A stretch of DNA of 64,000 bases from positions 12,524,001 through 12,588,000 of the forward strand of contig NC_134472.1 in NCBI RefSeq assembly GCF_964194025.1, written 5' to 3'. Position numbers and translations under genes: made by a program. The notes under the pieces are model-generated. The model was given only the letters and a program-made list of their open reading frames with translations, searched no databases and had not been told where the DNA came from. Below, in pieces: positions 60,691-64,000 of the stretch; position 1 is the stretch's first letter; each line of letters opens with the position of its first letter. Source of the stretch: Convolutriloba macropyga. Its lineage: Eukaryota.

Positions 60691-62519
60691 ATGCCTCATG
60701 TCCCATCATAATATAAATATACAAAACGATTGCCACCTGGGTCGCGAAAATGAAAATTTGATCTGGCCAAGCTGTATTGCTTGTGGATTCTAGTTGCATA
60801 GTAAAGGAATTCACTTGCCAAAACTTTTTAGGTAGAGTTCAAACAAGGTAATAGTATACTCCACCTACCAGTAATAGAATATAAGCAAGACAGGGGTGAA
60901 ATGATGTCCCTGCGAATTAACATTAGGTATAGCCTATTTTCATCTCATTTCCAAAGATGAACCTGAAAAGGAGAGTGAAAACAATAGATCTGTCATATTA
61001 TCATGCTATACCAGGTGCAATCCGTCCAGTTGAGATAATTGATATTCCGCCCTATTGCTTTTCAGCTAATCTTTTCTACCTGAAAAAGTATCTCGGCAAA
61101 AATTTTGTTTTCATACAATTTATTTGCGCAAAATCATTTCAATTATCACGAATTTTTTTATATTAGATTACAACTGAATTTTTCTGAAATATGTTATTTT
61201 TTTAGGAAGTTTTTAACAAACACATCTTTAGAAAATTTTTTTGAAGTTTTCTTTTTTTTTCAAATGCCAGCATGCAAAAACCGTTTTTTAGCAGGTTCAT
61301 TCGGTTTTTTTTGGTCTGATTCTTGGTAAATTTAGTTTCGAAAACCTGAAGTTGTAAAGCAGAATTTCAAGATAATATTGTTTTACTTGTGGTTCTTCAA
61401 GAGGTGTTGCTGTTGATTGAGTCTTTTTCCATAGAAATAATTTTCAATTTCTTTCAATATGTCTTCTTGTTTAAAGTCATTATGCATATCTATTCTTCAT
61501 TTTTCTTTGTTATCAAGTAGCTTACCTTCAAGTAAAATTGTAATAACATACAGTGCGAAAACTTTTATAATTATCAAGTGTTCATATATTTATCCTTTTC
61601 ATCTATGTAATCATTCTTAACATAATTGAAAATAGGATACTTTTTAATTGAAATTATTGTTATCAATTTCCTGTTTTATTTTGTCAAATATAGAGATATT
61701 GTCACTAGCTGCTATTTACAACATTGAAAAGAAATTTAACTTGGAAATTTTTTTGCGAATGATAGTCAATTTGTTTGTGTTTTGATCATAATTTTAAGAC
61801 TTGGCTAGATGAAAACGTTTTGCACCTTATACACCAGTTGTAAAATCCTTCAATGTTCCCTTTCGTAACTCAATTATTTTCCTCTTTAAAAATTTGATGT
61901 TTTTATTTGACGTCGTTAAGTCATTATCACAACATTTTTTTATTAACAGCTTCTTTAAAATTTCTTGGAAAAGGTAAGTTCCTAAGACTAAGTTTTTTTC
62001 TTAATATCAATATTTTAATTAATGACTTTCATTGATAATAGTCGTTTAGATATTTTCAACATCTCATCTTTCAATCTATCATAGCCAGTTTTTGTTTCTA
62101 GTATAAGTAACTCTGACCGATCCAATAAATCGTCAGGGTTAAAACTTTAAATTGTTGTCTTTCAACCTTGTAAACAGTGTAGTCACTGTTATATTTTTTT
62201 GGCGAAAATAAGACTAGTCGTTACTTTTTATTAATATTTGATCTTTTACTCTTTTTACCTCCGTTTTGCCTGTATTCGATATCCAATAGAATTATTTTCA
62301 TATTAAATTTTGCACCTGTATGTCTATTTCGCTTATCTTGTCTCTAGTAATTAACATAGTGAAATCGTTTGTGAAATCTTAAATGTTTTTTTTTTAATTT
62401 TATATCATTAGGTGTTAGAGATACGTCTATACCGTTTATTTTAAAATTTTTGAATATACATCTTCGTGTTTCGAACTTATTTCTTTGTGTGTTTGTTTTC
62501 CCATTAAGAATAGAATATC

Positions 62520-64000
62520 AACAAGGAGGCTCGGTAATGTACGTACGCACATAAAGTTCCGGCCCCGCTCATCCACATTCTTGACTTAATCGGCTACCAA
62601 ATGATGAAGATTTTGAAAACCTTCAAAAACATACATATCGTTCCCTAAACAACCAATGGAAAACAATAATGCCACACTAGAGGGTCAGTCGACGTTGTTG
62701 ATAATATAATTACTAAAAAGGACAATAATAAATATCAAACAACCAACATTTTTTACGACCAAATCTCGATTTCTATAGTAAATAAAATCAAAACAAAATC
62801 AATCTCGCATCAGATAAAATCTAATTGGAACAATTTATAGCCTAGACATCATTAGAAAAAAGAGGAAAACTGTTCTCAATGCAACCGTTTGATAGGTCGA
62901 CGAAAAGAGCAAAGAGCTGGGAAGTTCAAAAAAACGTTTCCATTTTTGAAAGGAATTAGTTTCACTGAAAACCATAAGAAATTCATTTATATCTCTATAA
63001 TAAGCAATTGAGACATGCCATCATCCAATTTAACTGCTCAAAAACTCAAAGCTAATTGGAACTTCGTTTATTGTCATAAATTAGAAGGAAAACAAAAATC
63101 CTATAAAATGTCAATTACAAAAAAAACTCAAACAATCTATGAAATCTCGTAGTAACAGCAGTAACAAAACACAGAAACAATTGTTCGAAGCAAAAACATT
63201 TATAGAGAGTAAATTATAGTTCATCGGAAACTGTTTGTGTCTTGCGTTTACGAATATTGAGCTACAAATTGACCTAAAAATTATTTAAAAATGACGAGCT
63301 CAAACCCAATTATGTTTTTGACAACAAATATTTTCAAAAGTCATAACAGACTTCAAAAAGATTTCAAAAAACAGCACTGGATTAATTTGCAATACTTCAG
63401 GAAGCCACTTGTTCATCTTAATAATGAGACTCAGTCACGACCCCTCAAAATAACAACACATATAAAAAATAGCAAAACCTCCAAACAATTTTGCGAGATC
63501 AAACTGTTCAAGGCACTATAATTACGAAATGTTACCTGCCAGAACTGTATATCATCACTTTTTCCTCACTTTAACATCAAAAAGAGTCGTCCTTCTAAAG
63601 GAGATTACGTAGACATGACAAAAAAATTTATCCAGAAATTGAACAGTTTAGAAACCTCGAAAAAAAATTTTAAAATTATTGGTCGAAGCAATCAGTCACA
63701 ACGTATTACCAAAAATGATAACCCAATTGTATTGAAAAAAGCAAGAATTGACAAAAGTAATTGAGATTTCGAATTTTAGAGATTAAGCCATATTGTTACC
63801 AAAAAGAAAGCAAAAAAGATACAGTTGAAGAAAACCTTATTTACGACCAAAACTCGATTTCTATAATAATTAAAACCAAAACAAAATCAATCTCGCATCA
63901 GATAAAATCTAATCAGAACAATTTATTGCCTATACATCATTGGAAAAAATAAGCAACCTGCCCTCAATGCAACCGGTCGATAGGTCGACGAAAAAGAGCA
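62520..64000 (+). mobile_element. Helentron-like element, 5' part, with internal ~1.09-kb tandem duplication; runs off the window
   Basis: AACAAGGAGGCTCGGTAATGT...TTCCGGCCCCGCTCATC terminus; 62755-62912 is repeated at 63842-64000. Confidence 0.6.

Overview
AT-rich eukaryotic (probably invertebrate) genomic DNA, mostly decayed transposon debris, with a 200-N assembly gap at 35679-35878. The main object is an apparently intact, very young 18.1-kb Ty3/Gypsy-type LTR element (36479-54614, + strand) organised like a complex virus. It has ~935-bp LTRs about 99% identical, a TAAT/ATAAT target duplication, a PBS and a PPT. It encodes gag, a -1-frameshifted pol (PR-RT-RNaseH-IN) and an env resembling chuvirus/Monjiviricetes class III glycoproteins. 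It also carries 12 same-strand accessory ORFs: 4 before gag and 8 after env. Six of these are clearly paralogous copies of a small 74-88 aa domain, and two more may be. The others include a predicted myristoylated double-RING protein and a Q/H-rich coiled-coil protein. The accessory ORFs are packed with stop/start overlaps, and each block is preceded by a splice-acceptor-like site. Outside this element are two intact and one decayed copy of a small TM + Asp/Tyr-rich gene family, several Helentron/DINE-1-like elements carrying kb-scale tandem repeats, a CCCAG-TIR element with 30-bp repeats, a decayed APE-RT LINE and a partly duplicated decayed Copia. All calls are by eye; no database searches were run.
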